63,684 bases of DNA, from assembly GCA_041665385.1 (NCBI GenBank), contig JBAYIX010000004.1:1-63684 (forward strand), given 5' to 3'. Shown in pieces: positions 27,671 through 37,005 of the stretch. This DNA comes from Minisyncoccota bacterium. Lineage in GTDB: Bacteria > Patescibacteriota > Minisyncoccia > Phycocordibacterales > PALSA-1337. The position numbers were made by a program, and so were the translations under genes. Numbering within the stretch: the first letter of the stretch is position 1; each line of letters opens with the position of its first letter. The notes below the pieces were generated by a model. That model was not told the DNA's origin. It worked only from the letters and a program-made list of their open reading frames with translations, and ran no database searches.

Positions 27671-28389
27671 TTTGTGAATACTGCTACGACCGAACTTCCA
27701 TACATTCGTCGAGGTAAGATCTTGTACTCAAAATAAAAAACAAAGGCACACAAATCGTGAATTATTTTCATAAGACCAGTAGGTGCGGATATGACAGTAT
27801 TTCTTTTCACATGCATCCGAGCCATGAGCCATGCAGGAATATAAAGTAAATGGAAATAATAATTCACAAATAAACTCCTCCAACCAACTCCGGACATCGT
27901 GGCCAAGAGATCATTCCTGCCATATCTTTTGAAATGGCCGTTAAAAACATCATAATTACTCCAGAGTTCCCTCCTTGCCGGTACGGTAATCACAATATTG
28001 TGTAAGTTTGGCAAAACCTGCTCCAGACTTCGGATCAAGTCCTGCGGCTTTTCCAAATGTTCTATGACATCGAGTAGGAGTACGGTATCAATTTTATTTC
28101 TCATATCTTCCGGAAGATCCTCAGCTCTTTTGCCATAAAATATCACTCCTTCCGCTTCTTTCTCTTGTGGCATTTGTGCAGGTTCTACACCCACCACTTC
28201 CCAACCATCATTCTTGAGATACATCGTAACTATTCCCGCCCCAGCGCCCACATCCAAAATGTTTTTTGCCTTTGCGTGCCGGAGCATATCTACTACAACC
28301 ATATTCCTAGCATGATTCCAATAATGACCTTGTATGCCTTCTGGATATATGGCAGAGAACTGCTCGGTAGAAAATGTTGTACCTGACAT
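27667..28389 (-). CDS. Class I SAM-dependent methyltransferase
   Basis: ILDVGAGAGIVTMYL motif I and VLLLDVIEHLEKP. Confidence 0.75.
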   Translation of the reverse strand: MSGTTFSTEQFSAIYPEGIQGHYWNHARNMVVVDMLRHAKAKNILDVGAGAGIVTMYLKNDGWEVVGVEPAQMPQEKEAEGVIFYGKRAEDLPEDMRNKIDTVLLLDVIEHLEKPQDLIRSLEQVLPNLHNIVITVPARRELWSNYDVFNGHFKRYGRNDLLATMSGVGWRSLFVNYYFHLLYIPAWLMARMHVKRNTVISAPTGLMKIIHDLCAFVFYFEYKILPRRMYGSSVVAVFTK

Positions 28390-28395
28390 ATTTTT

Positions 28396-29346
28396 TTATA
28401 TCTTTTCTTCGACTGTGTAACGTGGACGTCTCTTAACTTCCGTATATATCTTTGCCAAATATTCACCGATGATACCTATAGCGAGTAGCTGTATGCCTCC
28501 GAGGAGATACATGGGAAGGACTATGGACGCCCAGCCTGCGACCACGTTATGCAAGATATAACCGATAATGACATATGCGCTCATTACCAAACTTGCGAGA
28601 AATATTGCAAAACCAGACAGAGTCACCGCACGCAATGGAACAGAACTAAAGGAGGTGATACCGTCGAAGGCCAAACGTAGCATCTTTCGCAAAGGATATT
28701 TTGTACTGCCAAATCTCCTTTCCTGACGTTCATATGTGACCGTTATAGATCGGAAACCGAGAAGTGGCACGAGGCCACGTAGGAATAAATTTACTTCTCC
28801 ATAACCCTCCAGGGTGGCGAGTGCCCTCGACCCGAGGAGACGATAGTCCGCATGGTTGTAAACTATTTTTACCCCAAATAAGGCGAGGAGCTTGTAGTAC
28901 GACTCCGCTGTAAATCTTTTGAAAAAAGAATCCGCAGTTCTTTCCGACCGGACACCGTAGACTATTTCTGCACCTCCGACATAGCCTTTTACCATTTCTC
29001 CCATGACGTCTATACTATCTTGCAGGTCCGCATCTATACTTATGAGACAATCAGCTTCGCTACGGAAAGACATGAGCCCAGCCAAAAGTGCATTTTGATG
29101 ACCGACATTGCCGGCGAGTTTGAGCCCACGGATGTTGTTATCTTTCTTTGTAAGTCCGGAAATGATCTCCCAGGTAGCATCTTTGCTACCGTCATCCACA
29201 AATGCAACGAAACTTTTTGCGGATATTACACCGGTATCCTTGAGCTTTTTTATTTCAGCAGTTAGCCTCTCTGCGCTATCATTCAATGCCGCTTCTTCGT
29301 CGTAACATGGCACTATGATACCTAGGGTTGGCTCAGCAGATTTCAT
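28396..29346 (-). CDS. GT2 polyprenyl-phosphate sugar transferase (GtrB/ArnC/CsbB-like) with two C-terminal TM helices
   Basis: IIVPCYDEEAAL, VDDGSKD and IDADLQD motifs. The C-terminal hydrophobic pair is followed by RRPRY. Confidence 0.8.
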   Translation of the reverse strand: MKSAEPTLGIIVPCYDEEAALNDSAERLTAEIKKLKDTGVISAKSFVAFVDDGSKDATWEIISGLTKKDNNIRGLKLAGNVGHQNALLAGLMSFRSEADCLISIDADLQDSIDVMGEMVKGYVGGAEIVYGVRSERTADSFFKRFTAESYYKLLALFGVKIVYNHADYRLLGSRALATLEGYGEVNLFLRGLVPLLGFRSITVTYERQERRFGSTKYPLRKMLRLAFDGITSFSSVPLRAVTLSGFAIFLASLVMSAYVIIGYILHNVVAGWASIVLPMYLLGGIQLLAIGIIGEYLAKIYTEVKRRPRYTVEEKI

Positions 29347-29374
29347 GGCAAAATACTATCATATTTTAGCGGAT

Positions 29375-31048
29375 TTAGCGCATTTTATAGATATAAATAT
29401 TCGGCCCGTAGCGCGAGAGGCCAAAGTATGCGGGATCAAAATAACTACCAGTATTGTCCAGAGAATAGTAATTCAGGTCTTCGACTGGGTTTGTAAACTT
29501 AGCAACTAAAACAAGTTCCGGGCTGGAACTAGCCGCTCTTTCCACCAAATATACATCTTTGCCTATTTGGGCTGCGTCAAATTTCGCCGTCTCGGTATGG
29601 GCATCTATGACCATGGGCTTGAAATCATTATTGAGGTCGCGTTCTATGGTCGCGCGACATTTACTACCGCATTCTATCTCTTTGGCGAGGAGATATGATG
29701 ATTTGTTCTGTGGCAAGGGCGTATCTGCTCCCACATGGTTTATGAAGACCGCCTTTTCATCATCTCTATATGTCTCCTCCACATACCTGACAGCTCCATG
29801 GCTAGTAGTCGGCACAGATAAATAGTACAGAGTGGGTGCAAGATAAATAACAGAGATAAAAACTGGTAATAGAAATACCCTGCGGTACGGAATATCAAAA
29901 CTAGCAATTATAAATGCAAAGAAGAACGGCACAGGAAATAAATAACGCAAGGCGGCTTTGTCTGTGAGTGACCACCTGTCTACGAGAATAATCGCCACGA
30001 TGTACACGAGTGTATAAGCAGTAGAAAGCAGGAAAAGCTTTCTATTTTTGACCTTGCTAATAATAGCGCTATAAGCGACGAAAGCGACCAACAATGGGAA
30101 CATAAAAATTATTTTCTTCATATGCAAATATGCGGACAAGAAAATAGAAGCGTTGTGTTCCAAAGCATTCGGCGAAAAGGAATAGTCGTATATGATACTC
30201 CACACCTGAGCCTTTATTCCGGAAAAGTTCGAGAGAATGATGAATAATGCGAGCAGTATTCCCCACGCTGTCACTTTCCATAACAGTTGCCTACCCTCTC
30301 GATCCGAACGCATGACATAGCCGAGGATGGGCAAGCACACGAGCGACAAGCCCATAAGGGGAAAGTTTGCAAATGACAAAAAAGCAGAGATGACACATAT
30401 CCATATGTCCCTCTTTTTTGTCTCTATAAATATTCCCTCCACAACTCGAACCAGGAAGTAGAAAGAAACCAGCATGAGCAGTGTGGAGAGTATCCAGACC
30501 TTGCTCGTATGCAAAAGTACGTTTATGAGCAGAGTGCTAAATAAGAGGAAGACGAGAACCAACCGAGTACGATAGTCGGTAATATAAGGTTTCAATACAT
30601 GATATATGCCAAACAAAAGTATGAGTGCAATGACAGAACTTACCAACCGAGAAGTAAAATAGACAATGAAAGGATACTCTATGATGAGTAGCCGGAGAGC
30701 GTCGATATCAAAAAGTTTGAATACCCACAATATTCCCAGACCTACAGATATGAAGAGATAACTAAAATAATATGTGATAGTCCCATATGGCACATCCAGA
30801 GGCAGAGGAAATATTGTATGACTATCGAGTGCGCGTAGTACCGCTCCACTAAAGAACATTTCATCGGCGACTACATTTGTGATGGGTGCGCCATGCCATA
30901 GGCCAATGAAGAATGTGAGTGATATCAAAAGTAGAACAGTTTTTTCTGTGCGGTTTAACGAGAGGAATTTCACGATAGGAAAAGGATAACATAATAAAGG
31001 AAAACCACCCAAAATAGGGTGGTCTTTATATATCCAGTGGTTAGGCAC
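29375..31048 (-). CDS. Polytopic membrane protein, GT-C-like (ArnT/PMT-type architecture)
   Basis: 557 aa with about 12 or more TM segments. An early loop carries an acidic motif VVADEMFFSG, and there is a C-terminal soluble domain. Confidence 0.45.
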   Translation of the reverse strand: MPNHWIYKDHPILGGFPLLCYPFPIVKFLSLNRTEKTVLLLISLTFFIGLWHGAPITNVVADEMFFSGAVLRALDSHTIFPLPLDVPYGTITYYFSYLFISVGLGILWVFKLFDIDALRLLIIEYPFIVYFTSRLVSSVIALILLFGIYHVLKPYITDYRTRLVLVFLLFSTLLINVLLHTSKVWILSTLLMLVSFYFLVRVVEGIFIETKKRDIWICVISAFLSFANFPLMGLSLVCLPILGYVMRSDREGRQLLWKVTAWGILLALFIILSNFSGIKAQVWSIIYDYSFSPNALEHNASIFLSAYLHMKKIIFMFPLLVAFVAYSAIISKVKNRKLFLLSTAYTLVYIVAIILVDRWSLTDKAALRYLFPVPFFFAFIIASFDIPYRRVFLLPVFISVIYLAPTLYYLSVPTTSHGAVRYVEETYRDDEKAVFINHVGADTPLPQNKSSYLLAKEIECGSKCRATIERDLNNDFKPMVIDAHTETAKFDAAQIGKDVYLVERAASSSPELVLVAKFTNPVEDLNYYSLDNTGSYFDPAYFGLSRYGPNIYIYKMR

Positions 31049-31051
31049 TTT

Positions 31052-31624
31052 CTATCGGTTTGGGTTTGAAGACTTCAAGCCACCATCCGGCATAAGCTTG
31101 TACGAGATACCACACTTCTTGCAAACAAAAGGATCATCCAACTTCCCTGCACACCTGCAGATATATCCGCGATGTTCTCCAGGATTGCCATACCAAAGAG
31201 TGTATGCGGGAATATCTTTCGTAACAACTGTGCCTGCACCAACCATAGCATATTCGCCTACAGTCAATCCTGGAAGTATGGTCGCATTGGCACCTATAGA
31301 ACAGCCACGTCGGAGGGTAGTGACCGGATACTCAATATGCTGTTTGGAACGTGGGTATATATCATTGGTAAATGCGGCATTGGGACCGATGAAAACATCA
31401 TCTTCCACGACGGTGCCGTCCCAGAGATACACACCGCATTTCAATGTAACACGATCACCGATCTTTACTTTTCCTTCGATGAGACAGTGCGCATTGATAT
31501 TGCAATCACTCCCGATCTTCGCGCCATCGAGTACGACGACAAATTGCCAAATATTGGTTCCGTTACCGACATTTGAAATCAGCGTTTTTATCTCGGCCTT
31601 CGGATGAATCATGATTTTTTTCAT
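31052..31624 (-). CDS. Hexapeptide-repeat (left-handed beta-helix) sugar N-acetyltransferase with a C-terminal CxxC...CxxC tail
   Basis: Hexapeptide repeats are present (IGSDCNINAHCLIEGKVKIGDRVTLKCGVYLWDGTVVEDDVFIGPNAAF, IGANATILPGLTVGEYAMVGAGTVV). The tail reads CRCAGKLDDPFVCKKCG. Confidence 0.7.
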   Translation of the reverse strand: MKKIMIHPKAEIKTLISNVGNGTNIWQFVVVLDGAKIGSDCNINAHCLIEGKVKIGDRVTLKCGVYLWDGTVVEDDVFIGPNAAFTNDIYPRSKQHIEYPVTTLRRGCSIGANATILPGLTVGEYAMVGAGTVVTKDIPAYTLWYGNPGEHRGYICRCAGKLDDPFVCKKCGISYKLMPDGGLKSSNPNR

Positions 31625-31661
31625 AATAAAAGATCTTTTGGTTTATCTTGACGATAGCATT

Positions 31662-33425
31662 TTAATATTCTTTGTACAGCACATTCTCATATATCACAAA
31701 CCTCTCATTGTTCCAAACTTTCTCGAACATCGATAAGGTATCAAAATACTTATCCTCGCCCAAAGTCTTGTCCGCCACCACTGCCTTCACAGAATATTTA
31801 TTGAGTGTAGCCTGCATATCCTTCTTTAATTCCGTCTGACGCACTTGTAGTTCGCCTATCTTTCCTGTCCCTATCCAGTCCGCAAATTCCTGGTCCGCTT
31901 CACATGTCTGACGCATAATACATCGGAGCCTGTTCTTGTAAAACTGATCTGTATAATCCCAAACTTCTCCTGCTCCGGCATATTCCCTATAATGTTCAAC
32001 GAGCTCTCTCGGACTAGATGATGTACCTATCCAAGCCACGAGATATCTGTCACGCACCTCATCCGACGGCATGAGGTGAAGTGCACCCAAATGATTCCAC
32101 AAAACATAGTTATCCGTCATTATGGGTATATACGTACTCATAGCATTATTCGCCCATATCACACTTTGTTCTGGCAAATTGAGATCCAACCATCGGAGCG
32201 GCGGAGCATATTCCTGATATTGTTTGAAATTTGTACTTGCTATCTTCGAAAACGGCAATGATCTTCGCATATTGGACACCAAAAATCCAAGTGTAAGGAA
32301 TACCAAAACTGCAAAGAATATTTTTACCCAATTCAGAGGCTTCCATGTAAACTCTTTATTAAAAAGCCATTTGAATAACAAAATTGCTCCGAACAAAGCA
32401 AACCAAAGTGTGATGAAGCGACCAGCATGCAGAGCCGTTTCCAATTCCTTTCCAGTAATAAAATTACTGACTGACATTATGAATAATCCTAGGCCGGAGT
32501 AAATGACAAAGAGAATATCTGTCGGCATTTCCCCTTTCTCTTTCTTTATTTTTTGAATTAGAAAAATGGCTAACAACAAAACGATTACCCAACGACCGTA
32601 TTGATATGAATAAATAGTGGGTAAATGTGTCGCGACCAGACCTATCCTCCGAAATGTTTCCCAGTAATATTCTGTTTGGATTTGCTTTACTGTGTAGAAA
32701 AGTACAGGAATGGAAAGAACTATGACCGATGTTCCGACAATGAGAAGTTGTTTTACATGCACCCATCTCTTCATGAATACCTGATGCAGGAATGCTACTC
32801 CGAGAATTATACAGACTATCTGCCACATATATGTGTAGAGATAAAAAGTGAGAGAGCTCGCCACTACAAGTAAGACCATTCTTCGTTTGTCATCTTTCTT
32901 TTTTAACCAGAGCAAGAAAGCAAGAAGGAAAAAAAGAAAAGCTGGAAATACGATCTGCATGGATATCGGCCTCATGATGAGCCAGTAGACTTCGACGAAT
33001 GCAAATAAAGATATAAAAACAGCCGGCCAGGGACGGAGCTCGTATTCTCTCGCTAGGCGGTATGCCAAAAGAGTAAAGATAATAGCCCAAAAAAAGAAAT
33101 TGAATATCAGTGAAGGGACGAGAGAAATGCCAACGAAGATAGGTAAAGCGGAGATAAGATCCGGTACAAAAAATGCCGGTGACAGAGCGTCCTTGTATTC
33201 GATAAAGTATGGATTTCCCAAAAATATATTTCCCTTCACTGCATCCATCATCCGCCCATAATAATAGACATCGTCATCTATCACGGACGGAGGTATTCCC
33301 TGCCAATCATTACCGATCCGGTTACCTATCTCTACGACTGGCACAAGACAAAGTGCCACAGTAAACAATACGAGTACAATTGCGGGGAGGTATTTATGAA
33401 TTGTTCTTTTTTCTGGCAAGTACAT
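31662..33425 (-). CDS. Large polytopic membrane protein with a C-terminal soluble domain (paralog of 25853-27670)
   Basis: 587 aa with the same architecture as the 25853 gene. The C-terminus reads YSVKAVVADKTLGEDKYF...NERFVIYENV. Confidence 0.5.
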   Translation of the reverse strand: MYLPEKRTIHKYLPAIVLVLFTVALCLVPVVEIGNRIGNDWQGIPPSVIDDDVYYYGRMMDAVKGNIFLGNPYFIEYKDALSPAFFVPDLISALPIFVGISLVPSLIFNFFFWAIIFTLLAYRLAREYELRPWPAVFISLFAFVEVYWLIMRPISMQIVFPAFLFFLLAFLLWLKKKDDKRRMVLLVVASSLTFYLYTYMWQIVCIILGVAFLHQVFMKRWVHVKQLLIVGTSVIVLSIPVLFYTVKQIQTEYYWETFRRIGLVATHLPTIYSYQYGRWVIVLLLAIFLIQKIKKEKGEMPTDILFVIYSGLGLFIMSVSNFITGKELETALHAGRFITLWFALFGAILLFKWLFNKEFTWKPLNWVKIFFAVLVFLTLGFLVSNMRRSLPFSKIASTNFKQYQEYAPPLRWLDLNLPEQSVIWANNAMSTYIPIMTDNYVLWNHLGALHLMPSDEVRDRYLVAWIGTSSSPRELVEHYREYAGAGEVWDYTDQFYKNRLRCIMRQTCEADQEFADWIGTGKIGELQVRQTELKKDMQATLNKYSVKAVVADKTLGEDKYFDTLSMFEKVWNNERFVIYENVLYKEY

Positions 33426-34290
33426 ACATATTGTCTCGAAAGTTTATAGGAACAAATAACCTACCTATACGTGTACCGCTAATTTTTTCCGAAAGTCTTT
33501 TCCAAAGAGAAAGCTTTTGCCAACGATATAGGAAACTCACGACATATTCCACAGTAAACTTTTTGCCTATACAGCGCGCTTCCAAAACTTCAAAGCCTTG
33601 ATTTTGGAGAAGTCGGCGGAGACTCTTCCTGTTGAAATACCAAATATGTTCTGGGGGAACAAAGAGATGCCAGCGCGAGCCCATTATCTTCGAATATAGA
33701 CTGCCCGAATCGGGAGTATTTATAGCGAGGAGCCCCCCAGGTCTGAGCATAGAATGTGCTATGCGTATATCGCCCACCGGGTCCGGCATATGCTCGACTA
33801 CATCCCACATTGTCACGACATCGAAGGATTCCTTTGGTAGAGTCAGTTTGCGCAGTGTGCCTGTCTCCACTTTCAAGCCTTTTTTCCTCGCAACTTCTGC
33901 CGCATACGGCGAAAGTTCTACACCATGAGTCTGCCAATCCTTCTCGTTTGCAATCTTCATGAAAAATCCAGTCGCCGCGCCTACATCGAGGAGCTTACCT
34001 TTCTTGGACAGGATCTTTTCAAATTTGCGCACATGGTCACCAAATGTCTCTCTCATCGCTTCCTTGTCTGTATCATAGTCCACATATCCATGACCATGCT
34101 CTGCTCCTTTGAAATAATCCTGTTCGTAGACCTGTGCCGCTTCTTCTGGCTCCGGTACTGGGTGCAAAAACAAAGTCCCGCAATCCTTACAGCGGAATAC
34201 TCTGTAACCGTTTTTCTCGACATGCAGGACATGGTCCTGTCCCAAGCACGCTATACATATCACGTTTATTTTTTTAGTATGAGTTTCCAT
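33394..34290 (-). CDS. SAM-dependent methyltransferase with an N-terminal zinc ribbon
   Basis: CIACLG...CKDCGTLF zinc ribbon, LLDVGAATGFF motif I and FDVVTMWDVVEHMPDP. Confidence 0.75.
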   Translation of the reverse strand: METHTKKINVICIACLGQDHVLHVEKNGYRVFRCKDCGTLFLHPVPEPEEAAQVYEQDYFKGAEHGHGYVDYDTDKEAMRETFGDHVRKFEKILSKKGKLLDVGAATGFFMKIANEKDWQTHGVELSPYAAEVARKKGLKVETGTLRKLTLPKESFDVVTMWDVVEHMPDPVGDIRIAHSMLRPGGLLAINTPDSGSLYSKIMGSRWHLFVPPEHIWYFNRKSLRRLLQNQGFEVLEARCIGKKFTVEYVVSFLYRWQKLSLWKRLSEKISGTRIGRLFVPINFRDNMYVLARKKNNS

Positions 34291-34967
34291 GGTGCCAATA
34301 CGCCTTCTCTGATAATGTGGCTCGACATCTTTGACTCGCCTTCCTTACGGTTCGCAAAAACGATCGGGTACTCGGCAAATTTTGCTCCGGCCCTATACAA
34401 CGTGTGCTTCAACTCCATGACGAAAGCATAGCCAGAAAGATGTAATCGATCAAAATCAATCTTCCTCAATATCGAAGCTCTCATTATATTGAATCCTCCG
34501 GTGCAATCCATTATGGGCATGCGGGTTATCGAGCGGCAGTAAATATTTCCCCCACGCGATAGCGCCCTCCTCCACAGTTCCCAGCCGGTTGTAAATCCTC
34601 CCTTGATGTATCTAGATCCGATCACAACATCGTTTTTTTCTGCCAATCTAAACATCTCCGGCAAATATTCTGGATTGTGGGAAAAGTCCGCATCCATCAT
34701 AACAACAAAACCCACACTGGGATCTTTGAGAACCTCTCGAAAGGCGTGAATATAGGCCTTACCCAAACCCTCTTTGCCAGCCCTCTTTAGGATAGAAAGA
34801 TTTTTGTACGTGTTTTGCATGCCTTCCACTACTCCCGCCGTGCCATCCGGTGAATTGTCGTCGACGACCAGGACATATGCATCTGGGACATACTTGAATA
34901 ATAGCGGTACGAGGTCAGCTATATTTTTCTTCTCGTTATATGTTGGAACCACGATGACTTTTTTCAT
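34266..34967 (-). CDS. Polyprenol/dolichol-phosphate mannosyltransferase-like GT2 (Dpm1/Ppm1 type, soluble)
   Basis: MKKVIVVPTYNEKKNI, VVDDNSPDGT, MDADFSHNP. ATG 34967 is preferred over the track start at 35027. Confidence 0.8.
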   Translation of the reverse strand: MKKVIVVPTYNEKKNIADLVPLLFKYVPDAYVLVVDDNSPDGTAGVVEGMQNTYKNLSILKRAGKEGLGKAYIHAFREVLKDPSVGFVVMMDADFSHNPEYLPEMFRLAEKNDVVIGSRYIKGGFTTGWELWRRALSRGGNIYCRSITRMPIMDCTGGFNIMRASILRKIDFDRLHLSGYAFVMELKHTLYRAGAKFAEYPIVFANRKEGESKMSSHIIREGVLAPWKLILKK

Positions 34968-36072
34968 GTATGAATTGTTGAATTTGTTTTGCCCTCTGGT
35001 TCCAAGTATATTTGTTCGCTTTGGCAAGCGAATTTGAAGAAAGTATACCAGCTTTGGCGGGATTATCCAATAAATATCTTATGCAGTCTGCAAAAGACTT
35101 TGGCCCGTCTGGTTTTGCGAAACAGACATCGCCATTCCCCACTATTTCACGTATTGACGGTAGATCTGATGCCACAATAGGCGTGCCCGAAGCCATATAT
35201 TCGAAAAGTTTGATGGGGGAAGTATATAATCGCGATATGTCTTCCTTTGCACTGTTCGGTATCACAAGCACATCTGCCGCACGGAGATAATAAGGGATCT
35301 TATCATGCGGTTCCTGCCCTTCAATAATTATCTTTTTATTTGAACCATACTTGTCTCGAAAAGATTTTACATCGTGTGGTGTGCCACCCACGAATACCAC
35401 GACGACATTTTCCGGAAGCAGATCTGCCGCATCTGCCAGAGTATCAGCACCCTTCCAAGCGTAGAGATGACCAGAATAAAGCACAATCTTCTTTTGGAGT
35501 GGTAGACCGAGATGGTTGCGCGCTTCTTCCTGACTTTCTCTTACGTGAAATTGTTCCACATCTACCGAGTCCGGCACAACAAATATCTTGTCTCCATCTA
35601 CACCCAAAGATATGCAGTATTGTCTGAGTCCGTTACTAATAGTAAGTACACTTTTTGCCAAAGATAATAACGACCGCTGTTTGCCACTTTTACGGACATC
35701 GTGCATTTCATAAAATACATTGTGTCCTTTTTTTGCAAGAATTACTCCTGGAATCTCATCCCGAGTGTAAACTGCATCATACATTTTACCCCGAAGCATG
35801 TTCGAGACATTCCTGGCAAATAAAAAGGATCGGATCTTGTATCCCACAGGCCCGAGCCTTATCGTATTCATTGCGGGGACCTTCTTTATGCATATTTTTT
35901 GATTTATTGAATAATATTTCAATATTTCTTTTTCGTCCGCAAAATTCCAAGAAGGCACAAAGATATCTATTTCGTTTCCCTCTTTTGCCAAAGCCTCACA
36001 GGTTTTCATTATTTGCAGGCCATGCGCCTTTTCTGTCGGCAATCTTATGTCCGCGATATAAGCTATTTTCAT
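34936..36072 (-). CDS. Glycosyltransferase family 4
   Basis: MKIAYIADIRLPTEKAHGLQIMKTCEALA N-terminus and C-terminal SPIKLFEYMASGTPIVASDLPSIREIV. Confidence 0.8.
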   Translation of the reverse strand: MKIAYIADIRLPTEKAHGLQIMKTCEALAKEGNEIDIFVPSWNFADEKEILKYYSINQKICIKKVPAMNTIRLGPVGYKIRSFLFARNVSNMLRGKMYDAVYTRDEIPGVILAKKGHNVFYEMHDVRKSGKQRSLLSLAKSVLTISNGLRQYCISLGVDGDKIFVVPDSVDVEQFHVRESQEEARNHLGLPLQKKIVLYSGHLYAWKGADTLADAADLLPENVVVVFVGGTPHDVKSFRDKYGSNKKIIIEGQEPHDKIPYYLRAADVLVIPNSAKEDISRLYTSPIKLFEYMASGTPIVASDLPSIREIVGNGDVCFAKPDGPKSFADCIRYLLDNPAKAGILSSNSLAKANKYTWNQRAKQIQQFIHEKSHRGSNI

Positions 36073-37004
36073 TTTTTGTCCCAGCCATGGGTCTCGTCTA
36101 TGACGAAAGACGGCCTTTTGCGAGTCTCGTCCAGAGTACGCCAGAGATATTCACCGATGATGCCGAGCATTATCATGATGAGGCCCAAGAGAAATGTCAC
36201 CACAGACATGAGTGCGGCATAACCGGAGACTGAGATATTACCCAAAATAGACTGAGTGATCACATATACCCCAAAGACAAAACTTGCCACCGCAGTGAAC
36301 ATGCCGATAGTCGAGATGAAACGCACTGGTGCGTAGGAAAATGCCACGAAAGAGTCGATAAAGTATTTCAGCTTCTTCATAAATGTCCACCGGGACTTGC
36401 CATGTTGTCTCTTTTGGCGCACATAAGACAGGCTTGCGCGCTTGTGACCGAGCCAGAATATTAGACTCATAATATTGGTATTTTTTTCACGTATGGATAC
36501 TACTTCTTGTGCTACCTGCCTGTCTATGAGGAAAAAGTCAAAACCTCCAATCGGGTAACCAGGAAGTGCGAGCCTTGCCATGAGAGAGTAAAATATCTTG
36601 GCAAAAAGCTTTTGCGACCAAGCCTCCTCTCTGTCGGCACGGACCGCGATGACCACCTTATTTCCATCTTCCCATTTGTGTATCATGTCACCAAAGAGTT
36701 CTGGTGGATCCTGTAGGTCGGAAGTGATCATACCCACACAGTCACCCGTCGCAAGTAACATACCTGCAGAGATAGCCTGTGTAGAACCAAAATTTCTGCT
36801 GAGCTTTACCACCTTGATGCGCATATCCTTCCTGGCGAGATCTACGAGCATATCATAAGATTTGTCTCCCGAACCATCATCTACAAATATGAGTTCAGTT
36901 TCATAGTTTTGGAGTCCATCGGCGAACTTTTGCAATCTAGGAACAGTATGAGGAATGTTGAGTTCATTCCAATACACCGGCACTACTATAGAAAGTTTTT
37001 TCAT
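36069..37004 (-). CDS. GT2 polyprenyl-phosphate sugar transferase (GtrB/ArnC-like) with C-terminal TM helices
   Basis: LSIVVPVYWNE, VDDGSGDKS, TSDLQDPPE, and two C-terminal hydrophobic helices. Confidence 0.8.
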   Translation of the reverse strand: MKKLSIVVPVYWNELNIPHTVPRLQKFADGLQNYETELIFVDDGSGDKSYDMLVDLARKDMRIKVVKLSRNFGSTQAISAGMLLATGDCVGMITSDLQDPPELFGDMIHKWEDGNKVVIAVRADREEAWSQKLFAKIFYSLMARLALPGYPIGGFDFFLIDRQVAQEVVSIREKNTNIMSLIFWLGHKRASLSYVRQKRQHGKSRWTFMKKLKYFIDSFVAFSYAPVRFISTIGMFTAVASFVFGVYVITQSILGNISVSGYAALMSVVTFLLGLIMIMLGIIGEYLWRTLDETRKRPSFVIDETHGWDKK

Positions 37005-37005
37005 T

